From assembly GCA_035509435.1 (NCBI GenBank), contig DATJLR010000002.1, positions 133,774 to 197,773 of the forward strand: 64,000 bases of DNA, written 5' to 3'. This DNA is from Minisyncoccota bacterium. GTDB lineage: Bacteria; Patescibacteriota; Minisyncoccia; UBA6257; 2-01-FULL-56-20. Below are positions 29,000 through 38,450 of the stretch, piece by piece (positions within the stretch are counted from its first letter, which is position 1; each line of letters begins with the position of its first letter). Position numbers and translations under genes: made by a program. The notes below the pieces were generated by a model. That model had not been told where the DNA came from. It worked only from the letters and a program-made list of their open reading frames with translations, and searched no databases.

Positions 29000-29040
29000 G
29001 GCGCTGCTCCTTCCCCAAGGAAGCAGCGCCTTTTTTATTT
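29000..29040 (+). terminator. Intrinsic terminator
   Basis: ggcgctgct...agcagcgcc tttttt. Confidence 0.7.
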
Positions 29041-29086
29041 CCTGACCCTTGAAAAGGGTCCGCGTTTCTGTAACTATAGAGCGAAG

Positions 29087-29173
29087 GGAGAGGTGGCTGA
29101 GTGGTCGAAGGCGCCGCACTCGAAATGCGGTGTGCTCGAAAGGGCACCGTGGGTTCGAATCCCACCCTCTCCG
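29087..29173 (+). tRNA. tRNA-Ser(CGA)
   Basis: GGAGAGG...CCGCA-CUCGAAA-UGCGG, long variable arm. Confidence 0.95.
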
Positions 29174-29263
29174 CACCGGTGCGGATCACACGAATATGTT
29201 GCGCGATTGCCGTTTTTTCGCTATATTTTCTTGGAGCAGCGCGCCGCCGGCGCGCGTGACGGC

Positions 29264-29336
29264 GCCACCTTAGCTCAGTTGGTAGAGCAGTGCTTTCGTA
29301 AAGCAAAGGTCCCCGGTTCGAATCCGGGAGGTGGCT
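29264..29336 (+). tRNA. tRNA-Thr(CGT)
   Basis: GCCACCU UAGCUCAGUUGGUAGAGC...UUCGUAA...GGUUCGAAUCC. Confidence 0.95.
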
Positions 29337-29362
29337 CAAAAGTGATATAATAAGAACAATCT

Positions 29363-29572
29363 ATGAACCCCGAGAAAATTGACGGTCGGAACGGGTCGGA
29401 GGTCCCTCTGCAAATGGATTTCGACTTTGACGAAGCGGCAGTGAAGGCCAGGGCAAAAGAACTGCGGGATAAGCATGGTTGGACGGAACCCTACGCAATG
29501 AGCGTTGCGAAACGGGAATTTGAACGAACCGCACGCGAGGAACGATCCGGCGGAAAAGAAAAAGTTGATTAA
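29363..29572 (+). CDS. Small hypothetical protein
   Basis: TGnTATAAT upstream; charged 69-aa ORF. Confidence 0.55.
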   Translation: MNPEKIDGRNGSEVPLQMDFDFDEAAVKARAKELRDKHGWTEPYAMSVAKREFERTAREERSGGKEKVD

Positions 29573-29578
29573 TTTTTT

Positions 29579-30641
29579 ATGGACCAGAACGAATCACTGA
29601 AGGAGCTTTCGGAGGAAGCCCGCCGGCTTGGCGGGCGGCTTTGACCTCGACGCGAAACGCAAACGGATCGCGGAACTCACGGCGGAAATGTCATCGGCGG
29701 ATTTTTGGTCTGACCGCGCGAACGCGGACGCGAAGATCCGCGAGCTCGGCGAACTGAACGACGTCGTTTCAAAGTATGAGGACATCATCGCCGGCGTCGA
29801 CGTGCTCGAAGCGGGGTTCGACGAAAATATGTTCCACGACGTCAAGCGCAAATTCCGCGATTTCGAACTGACACAGCTTTTCACCGGCCGGTACGACAAG
29901 CAGGCGGCCGTGCTCGCGATCTATCCCGGAGCGGGCGGCGACGACGCCGAGGACTGGGCGCGGATGCTTAGCGAAATGTACGAGGGCTACGCGAAGCTCC
30001 GCGGATGGAAGGTGCGCGTGGTGGACGACAATCCGCGCTCGCGCACGCTCGAAGTGAGCGGCCCCTACGCGTACGGCTATTTAAAGAACGAGCAGGGCGT
30101 GCACCGGCTTGTGCGGATATCGCCGTTCAACGCAAAACATTCGCGCGAAACATCCTTTGCGCTCGTGGAAGTGATGCCCGATCTGCCCGCGCTCGACGAA
30201 TCAAAGCTGCAGATCCCGGAGAGCGACCTCAAGTTCGAGTTTTCCCGCGCCGGCGGTCCCGGCGGACAGAACGTCAACAAGGTGGAGACGGCGGTGCGCG
30301 TGGTGCACCTGCCGACCGGCGTCGCGATCAGCTCGCGCGCCCAGCGCAGCCAGCAGCAGAACCGCGAGGCGGCGCTCAAGATCCTCAAGGCAAAACTTTT
30401 CCAGCTGATGGAGCAGGAGAAGGTGGAAGAGGTCGGCGCCCTCCGCACAAAAGTGAAGCCGGAGTGGGGGAGCCAGATCCGTTCGTACGTGCTGAACCCG
30501 TATCAGATGGTGAAAGACCACCGCACCGACGCCGAAACGGCGCGTGTGGATGAAGCATTGGCGGGAAACATTGATATGTTTATAGAGGCGATGCTGGAGC
30601 GGAAGGCGAATGACGACTCGGTGCCGAAACTTGACAAATAG
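29579..30641 (+). CDS. prfB: Peptide chain release factor 2 with programmed +1 frameshift
   Basis: ATG 29579, 21 codons, then CTT-TGA-C at 29639-29645; SPF and GGQ motifs in the +1 frame. Confidence 0.95.
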
Positions 30642-30660
30642 GCAATTATATTGTTATAAT
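30631..30660 (+). promoter_or_regulatory. Consensus sigma70 promoter of the DGR target gene
   Basis: TTGACA-18-TATAAT with extended -10 TG. Confidence 0.8.
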
Positions 30661-30768
30661 ACCACTGCACCTTCAAAACCAGTGAAATTACTTGGTAGTT
30701 ACAGCCTTTAGCGCATATCCGATTGATATTCGTTAAAAGCTGTAACTACATTTCAAGGGAGAATCGTC

Positions 30769-31359
30769 ATGGCACAGCGTGTCGCAGGCGAAATCTACGA
30801 ATCAGTGACCGGTCAGCTTTTTGAGATCGGCCGTCAGCTTCGGCAACCGAACGGATATCCGTTCGATGCACAGAAGCTCCAACGCGCACTTCAAAACGCC
30901 ATCGAGGGAAAGTTTGATGTCACGTCGGTGGTCCAGCAGTATCTCGTCACCGTGAACTACGACCTTTCGGTTAAGGACGCGATCGCGGCGGGACGCTACG
31001 ACTGGAAGAACGATGACATCACCGCCAAGAACTTCCCGTCGAAGCGTAAGGGAACCGCCGATCTGGAAATCATCCTCGTCAAATTTGACGATGCGATGAG
31101 TTCCGAGGGTATCCTCCGCGAGCTCGACAAGCAGGGACTGCGCGCGGCCGAGTTGCCGGAACTGCTTGCCTTCGGGGAGAAATACCCCGATGTGCAGCGC
31201 GAGTTCCCGGTGGTCGCACTTGGTTCCGTGTGGCGGGGCTCGGTCGGCAACCGTGGCGTGCCGTACCTCCGCGGGTACGCTGGCAAGCGCTACCTGCTCC
31301 TGGACTGGTTCGGCCTCGGGTGGGGCTCGCTCTGCCGGTTCGCCGCAGTCCGCAAGTAA
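30769..31359 (+). CDS. DGR target protein (variable C-terminus, probably CLec fold)
   Basis: 3' end is the VR; ends 'CRFAAVRK'; no signal peptide. Confidence 0.92.
   Translation: MAQRVAGEIYESVTGQLFEIGRQLRQPNGYPFDAQKLQRALQNAIEGKFDVTSVVQQYLVTVNYDLSVKDAIAAGRYDWKNDDITAKNFPSKRKGTADLEIILVKFDDAMSSEGILRELDKQGLRAAELPELLAFGEKYPDVQREFPVVALGSVWRGSVGNRGVPYLRGYAGKRYLLLDWFGLGWGSLCRFAAVRK
31221..31355 (+). repeat. DGR variable region (VR)
   Basis: 135-nt ungapped match to TR; 23 mismatches, all at TR adenines. Confidence 0.97.
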
Positions 31360-31412
31360 TTTTATACCTTAGGCACTGGGTCACTCATTTTTTCTGATCC
31401 TTTGTCCCTTCG

Positions 31413-31455
31413 GCCCCTGCACGAGATTTGGATCTTTTGCAGGGGCTTTCCATTT
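31413..31455 (+). terminator. Hairpin downstream of VR (terminator or DGR homing hairpin)
   Basis: gcccctgca..agat-ttgg-atct..tgcaggggc tttc. Confidence 0.6.
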
Positions 31456-31709
31456 TCAGCCGGTATGATATTTTGAATTTGGATAGTAGGCTCAAAACAA
31501 GTTGCAGGCTACGGTTCGCAACGGCCGAATTCCGGGATGACTGAATGGAGAATGGTTGCGGGTACGCTTTCGGCCAGAGTTGTTCTCTCATCCCCCAAAA
31601 ATAAAGATACTTGGTGCAAGATATTAGAGGATTAGAATTCCGAGATCCCGAATACGATTCAGTCCCGAGAGTATTCAAGGGGCAGTGGCGCAGGCGATAT
31701 CTTGTACGC

Positions 31710-31844
31710 TGGTTCCGTGTGGCAGAACTCGGACGGCAACCGTAACGTGCCGTACCTCAACAGGAACGCTGACAAGCGCAACCTGAACCTGAACTGGTTC
31801 GACAACAGGTGGAACTCGAACTGCCGGTTCGCCGCAGTCCGCAA
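31710..31844 (+). repeat. DGR template region (TR)
   Basis: AAC-rich copy of VR (11 in-frame AAC codons). Confidence 0.97.
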
Positions 31845-31866
31845 CTCTCTTTGTTTTCACGCCGCC

Positions 31867-32248
31867 CTATGCGGCGTTTTCTTTCATCAATTGCCTGTTC
31901 CAGCCGCCGAGCATTTTGCCGATCTCGTTCAACTTTTCCGAGAGATAAATGTATTTCTTCTCGTCCAACCCCTTGATCTCCCAGAGTATTTGTAAAAAGA
32001 ATTTTGCGAGATCGAGCTTGGCTGTTGCTTGTTGGATGTAGGGGAGCTTTTGGTGTTTCCCTAAATAGCTTGCTATGAAAATAAGCTCGGCGGTATCTAC
32101 AAATGCGGTATCGATTTTTGTCCCTAATGTATAGCGCGCGTCTTTCGGTACGTGCGTCAGGAACTCATGCCAGGTTTTGTATGCCGCCACCAAGTGTTGG
32201 ATAATGGGAAGTGTAAGGTGTCGGGGGGGGGGTTAAAGGTGAATTCAT
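31867..32248 (-). CDS. avd: DGR accessory protein Avd (four-helix bundle); ATG 32248 is out of frame across a G10 tract, alternative GTG/TTG start ~32193
   Basis: 'RYTLGTKID...LDLAKFFL...LNEIGKMLGGW'. Confidence 0.88.
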
Positions 32249-32256
32249 AATATAGT

Positions 32257-33213
32257 ATGTTTGAAGAAATTATCAGTGCTGAAAATTTGTTGGCCGCGTG
32301 GGAGGAATTTATTACGGGCAAACGCGCAAAGCGCGATGTGCAGGAATTCCAGCTGCACCTTATGGATAACATTCTAGCGCTTCGCGACGATTTGCGGAAT
32401 GGCGCCTATCGCCACGGCGAATATCAGGCATTCAACATCTCCGACCCCAAACCGCGGAATATCCATAAAGCGACCGTGCGCGACCGCCTGCTCCATCATG
32501 CGATCTACCGCGTGCTCTATCCGTTCTTTGACCGCACGTTCATCGCGGATTCGTTCTCGTGCCGCGTCGGGAAGGGAACCCATGCGGCGATGGACCGGTT
32601 CCGGGCGTTCGGTTATGTCGCAAGCAGGAACAACACGCGCACGTGTTGGGCGCTCAAATGCGACATCAGGAAATTTTTCGCGAATATTGATCATGAAGTA
32701 TTGCTGAAAATCTTCGCGCGGCGGATCGGCGATGAACAACTGCTTTCGTTGTTGCGCGAGATCGTCGAGAGCTTTTCCTCTGTGCGCCCTGGCGTCGGCT
32801 TGCCGCTTGGCAATCTTACTTCACAGTTATTCGTGAACGTCTATATGAACGAGTTTGACCAATTTGCCAAACACGCGCTTCGTGTAAAATATTACATTCG
32901 TTATGCCGATGATTTTGTCATTTTATCTTCCAACCGTGATTGGCTTGGGATCATTTTGCCGGAAATAGATTATTTTTTGCAGGATCGGCTGAAATTGCAG
33001 CTCCATCCCGACAAGGTCTTCATCAAGACGCTTGCCTCCGGCATTGACTTCCTGGGGTGGGTGCATTTTCCTGATCATCGCGTTCTGCGCACCGCCACAA
33101 AGCGCCGAATGTCCAGGCGCGTGAGCAAAGATCCTTCTCTGCCGGTCGTCAATGCTTACAAAGGGATGCTGTCACACGGGAATGCCCATAAGCAAACATT
33201 AAAACTTCCTTAA
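32257..33213 (+). CDS. DGR reverse transcriptase
   Basis: 'PKPRNI...VRDRLLHHA', 'KCDIRKFF', 'LPLGNLTSQLF', 'YIRYADDF', 'IDFLG'. Confidence 0.97.
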   Translation: MFEEIISAENLLAAWEEFITGKRAKRDVQEFQLHLMDNILALRDDLRNGAYRHGEYQAFNISDPKPRNIHKATVRDRLLHHAIYRVLYPFFDRTFIADSFSCRVGKGTHAAMDRFRAFGYVASRNNTRTCWALKCDIRKFFANIDHEVLLKIFARRIGDEQLLSLLREIVESFSSVRPGVGLPLGNLTSQLFVNVYMNEFDQFAKHALRVKYYIRYADDFVILSSNRDWLGIILPEIDYFLQDRLKLQLHPDKVFIKTLASGIDFLGWVHFPDHRVLRTATKRRMSRRVSKDPSLPVVNAYKGMLSHGNAHKQTLKLP

Positions 33214-33243
33214 AAAGTTTTTGACTTCGTTTTTGCCAAAGCT

Positions 33244-33633
33244 ATGATTGTCGGTATGATAAAAAAGAAAAAGATGACCATAGAAGACCTGGCGGTAAAG
33301 ATCGATGACGTCCAAACGAAGATGGGCGGGTTGGCAACGCATGTCGATGAAAAAATAGACGAGTCCGTTGGTAATTTGGCCATCATGGTCCAGAAAGGAT
33401 TTGCCGAAACGGCAAAACAGGAAGATCTGCTCGCGCTCACCGATCGGGTTAAGTTGATAGAAGAGCGCCTCGATGGGCACGATAAAGAATTCAGAGGCAT
33501 GCATCAGAATTTCGATATGATCTTCCAAGAACTGAAAGCGATCCGCCAAGAAATGAAGGAAGCCGATACCCGCGCCGACGTCGTCGACCTGCAGCTTCGC
33601 GTTGCGAAACTCGAAAAGAAGATCCGTCCATAG
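33244..33633 (+). CDS. Coiled-coil hypothetical protein
   Basis: Heptad-rich; ends 'LRVAKLEKK'. Confidence 0.7.
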   Translation: MIVGMIKKKKMTIEDLAVKIDDVQTKMGGLATHVDEKIDESVGNLAIMVQKGFAETAKQEDLLALTDRVKLIEERLDGHDKEFRGMHQNFDMIFQELKAIRQEMKEADTRADVVDLQLRVAKLEKKIRP

Positions 33634-33690
33634 CACGCCCATAAAGGCTGCATAATGATTATTTTGTGAGAATGTTGTATCATTAGATAC

Positions 33691-34374
33691 GTGATAGTTT
33701 TTCAGGGAGTTTCAAAACATTATACGGGCCACGGGGTCGCGCTTGAGGATGTTGATTTCCAGATCGATCCGGGAGAATTTGTTTCCCTCGCGGGGCGCTC
33801 GGGCGCCGGCAAGTCCACTATTATAAAATTGCTCATCGGGGAGGAAAAACCCTCCAAGGGGCGCGTCTTTTTCGGCCAATACGAGGTGAACAAGCTGGAG
33901 GATAACGAGCTGCCGGCGTTCCGGCGGCACATTGGCGTCGTATTCCAGGATTTCCGGCTCTTGCCAACCAAGACTGCCTACGAGAACGTGGCGTTCGCGC
34001 TCGAGGTTGCCGGTCGGCCGCAGAGCGAGATCGCGGAACTCGTGCCACAGGTGCTTGACATGGTGGGGCTCGGCGACAAGATGAAGAACTTTCCGAACGA
34101 GCTGTCGGGCGGCGAGCGTCAGCGCGTCGCGATCGCGCGCGCGATGATCCACCGGCCGGAGGTCGTGATCGCCGATGAGCCGACCGGCAACCTCGACCCG
34201 TTCCACACCTTCGAGATCATCAAGCTGCTTGAAAAGATCAATCAGCTGGGCACCACCGTCGTCCTCGCCACCCACGATAAAGAGGTCATTAACAATCTGG
34301 AGAAAAGGGTGATAACATTGGACAAGGGCCGCGTTATCCGCGACGAAAAGAAAGGAAAATATATACTGGTATAA
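33691..34374 (+). CDS. ftsE: Cell division ATP-binding protein FtsE
   Basis: 'GRSGAGKST', 'VFQDFRLL', 'LSGGERQR', 'DEPTGNLDP'. Confidence 0.93.
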   Translation: MIVFQGVSKHYTGHGVALEDVDFQIDPGEFVSLAGRSGAGKSTIIKLLIGEEKPSKGRVFFGQYEVNKLEDNELPAFRRHIGVVFQDFRLLPTKTAYENVAFALEVAGRPQSEIAELVPQVLDMVGLGDKMKNFPNELSGGERQRVAIARAMIHRPEVVIADEPTGNLDPFHTFEIIKLLEKINQLGTTVVLATHDKEVINNLEKRVITLDKGRVIRDEKKGKYILV

Positions 34375-35283
34375 ATGTTCACCATTATCTCACGCATATT
34401 CCATTTTGGATTTAAGAACTTCTGGCGCAACGGATGGCTGTCAACGGCAACGGTCGCGATCATGACGCTCGCGTCCATCGGGTTTTTGGGGCTCATCATT
34501 TTCGGCGTCGTCACGCGCTCCGCGGCCGCGTCCATCCAGGACAAGATCGACATCAGCGTCTATTTCAATACCAATACTTCGGAAGACGAGATCTTGAACA
34601 TCCAGCAGTCGCTCGAAGGGCTCTCCCAGGTGGCAAGCGTCGATTATGTTTCGCAGGACCAGGCGCTCGCGGCGTTCCAGCAGACGCACGCGAACGACCC
34701 GACCGTCAGCCAGGCCATCAACGAGCTCGATACGAACCCGCTCGAGGCGTCGCTCAACATCAAGGCGAAGGATCCGAGCCAGTACGGCGCCATCAACGAT
34801 TACTTAAGCTCGCCGGACCTCGCGCCGTACATCGACACGATCAGCTATTCGCAGAACCAGGATGTCATCAATCGCCTCGCGACGATCGTCCGCGACGTCT
34901 CGATCGGCGGATGGATCGTGACGATCCTGCTCGCGCTCGTCGCGGGCCTCGTCGTGTTCAATACGATCCGGCTCGCCATCTATTCCAATCGCGAGGAGAT
35001 CGGCGTGATGCGCGTGGTGGGCGCGTCGAACAGCCTGGTGCGCGGGCCGTTCGTGGTGGAGGGGATGCTCTGGGGCCTGATCGCCGCCGTCATCAGTTTG
35101 ATCGTTGTGGCGCCCGCGCTCTACTTTACGTCGCCATACCTCAACGAGTTCATTCCGGGTCTCAACATCTTCCACTATTTCTACACGCATATCATCCAGC
35201 TGTTCCTCTATGAACTTCTGTTCGGCGTGGTCATCGGGGCCCTCTCCAGCTTTTGGGCAGTGCGTCGTTATCTGAAGAACTAG
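34375..35283 (+). CDS. ftsX: Cell division permease FtsX
   Basis: 'NTIRLAIYSNREEIGVMRVVGAS...PFVVEG'. Confidence 0.93.
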   Translation: MFTIISRIFHFGFKNFWRNGWLSTATVAIMTLASIGFLGLIIFGVVTRSAAASIQDKIDISVYFNTNTSEDEILNIQQSLEGLSQVASVDYVSQDQALAAFQQTHANDPTVSQAINELDTNPLEASLNIKAKDPSQYGAINDYLSSPDLAPYIDTISYSQNQDVINRLATIVRDVSIGGWIVTILLALVAGLVVFNTIRLAIYSNREEIGVMRVVGASNSLVRGPFVVEGMLWGLIAAVISLIVVAPALYFTSPYLNEFIPGLNIFHYFYTHIIQLFLYELLFGVVIGALSSFWAVRRYLKN

Positions 35284-35285
35284 CT

Positions 35286-36257
35286 TTGAACGGGATCGAT
35301 CCACAAGCGCCGCCGCCGCCTTCCGTGCCTCCGCCCTCGCCGCACGATCACGACGTGAAAGTCGCATCGCGCCGCCGCACGGCAAGGCGCCGGCTTATCC
35401 TCATCGCGATCATCGTCATCGTGCTCGCCGGCGGCGCGTGGTATTTTGAAAAATCCCTTTCGCTGCCGCTCCAAAACCTTGCCGCGTTCGGGAATTCGCT
35501 CGAATCGTCGGTAACGCAGCAGTTCGGCCAGAATTTTTCAGCGCCGACATCGACGGTCGAGCAGAACGTAAAAACGGCGCCAAAGAAAGCGAACGCGCTC
35601 GACGCGACGGGGGTGATCGCCGAGACGAACGCCGCGCGCGCCGCGAACGGCGGGCTGCCCCCGCTCGCCGAGGACGCCACGCTTGATGACATTGCGACGC
35701 TGCGCCTTGACGACCTGTTCGCGCAGCAATACTTCGCCCACGTCGGCCCGCAGGGCGAGAGCGCCATCACGGTCGCCTCGAGCGTCGGGTATGCCTCCAT
35801 CGCGCTCGGCGAGAACCTCGCGCTTGGCACCTATGCCGGTGACGCTGGCGTCGTTGCGGCGTGGATGGCGAGCCCGGGTCATCGCGCGAACATTCTCGAC
35901 ACGCACTACACGCAGATCGGCGTCGCCGTGCGCGAGGGCGAGTATGACGGCGCGGAGACGTGGATCGCGGTCCAGGTCTTCGGCCGCCCCGCCTCAGCAT
36001 GCCCGTCGCCGGACGCCAATCTCAAGACAAGCATCGACCTTTCCGAGAGCCAGCTTTCCACGATGTCGTCGGAGCTCCAATCCGAAAAAGCGTCCATTGA
36101 CGCGATGTCCCCGCCGTCCGGCCCGGCGTACAACGCGCAGGTGGAGGATTACAACAACCTTGTGGCGCAGTACAACAACCTTGCGGCCGGGACCAAAAAT
36201 GCCATTACGGAGTACGACGCGGAGGTGGACACCTTCAATGCGTGCCTGGCGGATTGA
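35286..36257 (+). CDS. Membrane-anchored CAP (SCP) domain protein
   Basis: 'YFAH', 'GENLA', 'WMASPGHRANIL'. Confidence 0.88.
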   Translation: MNGIDPQAPPPPSVPPPSPHDHDVKVASRRRTARRRLILIAIIVIVLAGGAWYFEKSLSLPLQNLAAFGNSLESSVTQQFGQNFSAPTSTVEQNVKTAPKKANALDATGVIAETNAARAANGGLPPLAEDATLDDIATLRLDDLFAQQYFAHVGPQGESAITVASSVGYASIALGENLALGTYAGDAGVVAAWMASPGHRANILDTHYTQIGVAVREGEYDGAETWIAVQVFGRPASACPSPDANLKTSIDLSESQLSTMSSELQSEKASIDAMSPPSGPAYNAQVEDYNNLVAQYNNLAAGTKNAITEYDAEVDTFNACLAD

Positions 36258-36276
36258 GGCATTTGCTATACTTTAA

Positions 36277-37803
36277 GTGGAGGATCATACCTCCTCAGAT
36301 CTTCCAATGAAGCGCATCACGCCAACAATAAAATTCAGCGGGGTGGTTTTATTTTCGATACTCTTGATCATCATGGTCTTTCCGCCGAGGGGTGGCGTAT
36401 CGATAAAAAAAGCAAACGCCGATTCTCTGGATGTTTATCCCGGGGACTGCTTGGGCGGATGGGAAGACCCTGCCAATGCGGTCGGGATCCCAGACGGAAA
36501 TTCCGCGGTGCTTGCCGATGCCCAATCCCAATTGTTCTGCGGATCGTTCGAGGGGAGCGATCAATCCCAACAGCCCCAGGCGGTCACTCTTTATTTTTCC
36601 TGGAGCATGACGTTCTCTGCGGTCGCGACGACAACAGAGAATCTGAATGGTGGGTCCGGTGAACAATCATGGTCCGGTGTCCTTGATGCAACTGATACGG
36701 CAACGGATGCGCCGACAAGCACGGCATCTTCTACTCCCGATTTCGCTCCGGCGATACCTTCCTCTTCCGACGCCATTCCTGTCTCTACCTCCACGCCCGC
36801 GCTGCCGCTCCCGCCTTCAACCACCTCCACGCCCGCGCAGGACGTTCCCGCTACGAGCACGTCCCTGCTGAAAGAAATATTCACCGACCCGCTTGCGTTT
36901 CTTGTGGAGCGGTCGTTTGCCGACTCGAGCGGGACGATAAGCGGGGAGAGCGACGCGGTGACGGCGGATAATTTTTTGGACGTGAGCTATTCGACCGATG
37001 GCGTGACATGGCAGGATCTTGGGGAGGTGGATGCCGATAACTGGCAAAATTTTTCCGCGACCATTCCCGTAAGCTCGTGGAACGACATCAATTCGTTGCA
37101 GGTAAAGCTGACCCCGCTTCTCACGGCCGATCCGCCGACGATATATCTGGACAGCATGTGGCTCGAGGTGGATTATAATCCTTCGATCTCCGATCTTATC
37201 CAGCAGGGTACCGATGCAACGTTGAACGCCTTAAGCGATATCGGCAATGCGGTTGACAATGCGATCTCTGACATCATACCGGGGAATACGACCGGCACGC
37301 AGCCGGAGGATATTGCGACCGTAACCACATCGTCGCAGCCGCAAAGCCAGACTCCGCCATCGCCGCCCGTCCACCGCTATTCGTTCCAAACAGGCAGCGG
37401 ATTATCGATGGATCCCAAGGATCTGGCCTGGGTGCCCGCGCAGGAGGTTGGGAATTACGACGCAAGCGCCACTGCCTCCGGCCAGGGGCAACTGCCGACC
37501 GTTACCGTCGTCGGCGAGAATTCTCTCCGGGTGGCGGGAACATGCTCGGAGACCTATTACACCATATTGCTTTTTATGAATGTGAATGACTATAAGACGA
37601 ACCCCGCGGCGGCGCTTTTCAATGAAGCCCAGCCGTGCGTCAATGGCAGCTTTGCGCAGACGATAGCGGATTCGGATCTTCCACCCCAATTGGCCTCCGG
37701 CACATATTATCTTGTGGTCGCCAACCAGCCGGCGAAGGGTCCATGGCAGCCGTTCCCGCAGATCTATCCTGTCACGATCGGGAATGCGTCATCATCACAA
37801 TGA
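36277..37803 (+). CDS. Secreted Ser/Thr/Pro-rich hypothetical protein
   Basis: Signal/TM segment, acidic low-complexity linkers. Confidence 0.7.
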   Translation: MEDHTSSDLPMKRITPTIKFSGVVLFSILLIIMVFPPRGGVSIKKANADSLDVYPGDCLGGWEDPANAVGIPDGNSAVLADAQSQLFCGSFEGSDQSQQPQAVTLYFSWSMTFSAVATTTENLNGGSGEQSWSGVLDATDTATDAPTSTASSTPDFAPAIPSSSDAIPVSTSTPALPLPPSTTSTPAQDVPATSTSLLKEIFTDPLAFLVERSFADSSGTISGESDAVTADNFLDVSYSTDGVTWQDLGEVDADNWQNFSATIPVSSWNDINSLQVKLTPLLTADPPTIYLDSMWLEVDYNPSISDLIQQGTDATLNALSDIGNAVDNAISDIIPGNTTGTQPEDIATVTTSSQPQSQTPPSPPVHRYSFQTGSGLSMDPKDLAWVPAQEVGNYDASATASGQGQLPTVTVVGENSLRVAGTCSETYYTILLFMNVNDYKTNPAAALFNEAQPCVNGSFAQTIADSDLPPQLASGTYYLVVANQPAKGPWQPFPQIYPVTIGNASSSQ

Positions 37804-38432
37804 TCACATCGCGGTCGCTGCACAAAAGCAACATCGTGTTCGTGTTCAAGGAGCATACCGTTGCGCCGCCGGAGAACGCCGACATGGTGGGCCTCTACGC
37901 GGGCGAGGCCGGCAGGGGAGCCCAGCTCGTTGACGACCCGATGATGCGTATGAAAGTGCTCGATGTTCCCGCGCGCGGCCTGCAGGTCGCATGGGAGGCC
38001 CGTCGGCTACGCGTGGAAGATATGCGCGCCTCGGATCCGGAAGAGGCGGAGCTTGCCGATGACGCGGTGATGATATATGAAACGATTGTTGCGCCGCGGA
38101 AGATAGTGCTTGACTCGTTCGGCTTCAATTTTGAGACGTACTACCAGACGAAGGACGTCATCCGCATCCAGGACCACTTCAACGAGCTGTCCGCAACGCC
38201 GCTTGCGATCGGCGACGCGGTGATGGATTTTGGATGGCAGTGGACCGTTGCCGCAAAGGACGGAAAAATGCTGCGCGGATATTTTTTGAAGGTCACGGCG
38301 CCGCTCGAGTTCACGATGCACCATAACGCGCACTTTTCCGCGAAGGCGTTGCCGCCAAAAAAGGACATCAAGGATATGTTCCGCAGCGCGTACCTGGCGA
38401 TGCACTCCGTTGCTGACGGGTTGCGGTTATAA
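37800..38432 (+). CDS. Hypothetical cytoplasmic protein
   Basis: ATGA overlap with the upstream gene; typical codon usage. Confidence 0.7.
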   Translation: MITSRSLHKSNIVFVFKEHTVAPPENADMVGLYAGEAGRGAQLVDDPMMRMKVLDVPARGLQVAWEARRLRVEDMRASDPEEAELADDAVMIYETIVAPRKIVLDSFGFNFETYYQTKDVIRIQDHFNELSATPLAIGDAVMDFGWQWTVAAKDGKMLRGYFLKVTAPLEFTMHHNAHFSAKALPPKKDIKDMFRSAYLAMHSVADGLRL

Positions 38433-38450
38433 TCATACCAACCACGCGCC

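Larger units (their letters stand above)
30769..33213. mobile_element. Diversity-generating retroelement cassette: target/VR(+) - TR(+) - avd(-) - RT(+)
   Basis: All four components present; adenine-specific VR/TR differences. Confidence 0.95.

Noticed and set aside
29000-29040. SRP RNA, suggested by aaggaagcagc
   Set aside because: Lacks the CAGG/GNRA helix; has the form of an intrinsic terminator
31702-31995. ORF spanning TR as a protein-coding gene
   Set aside because: It is the AAC-rich template frame running antisense into avd
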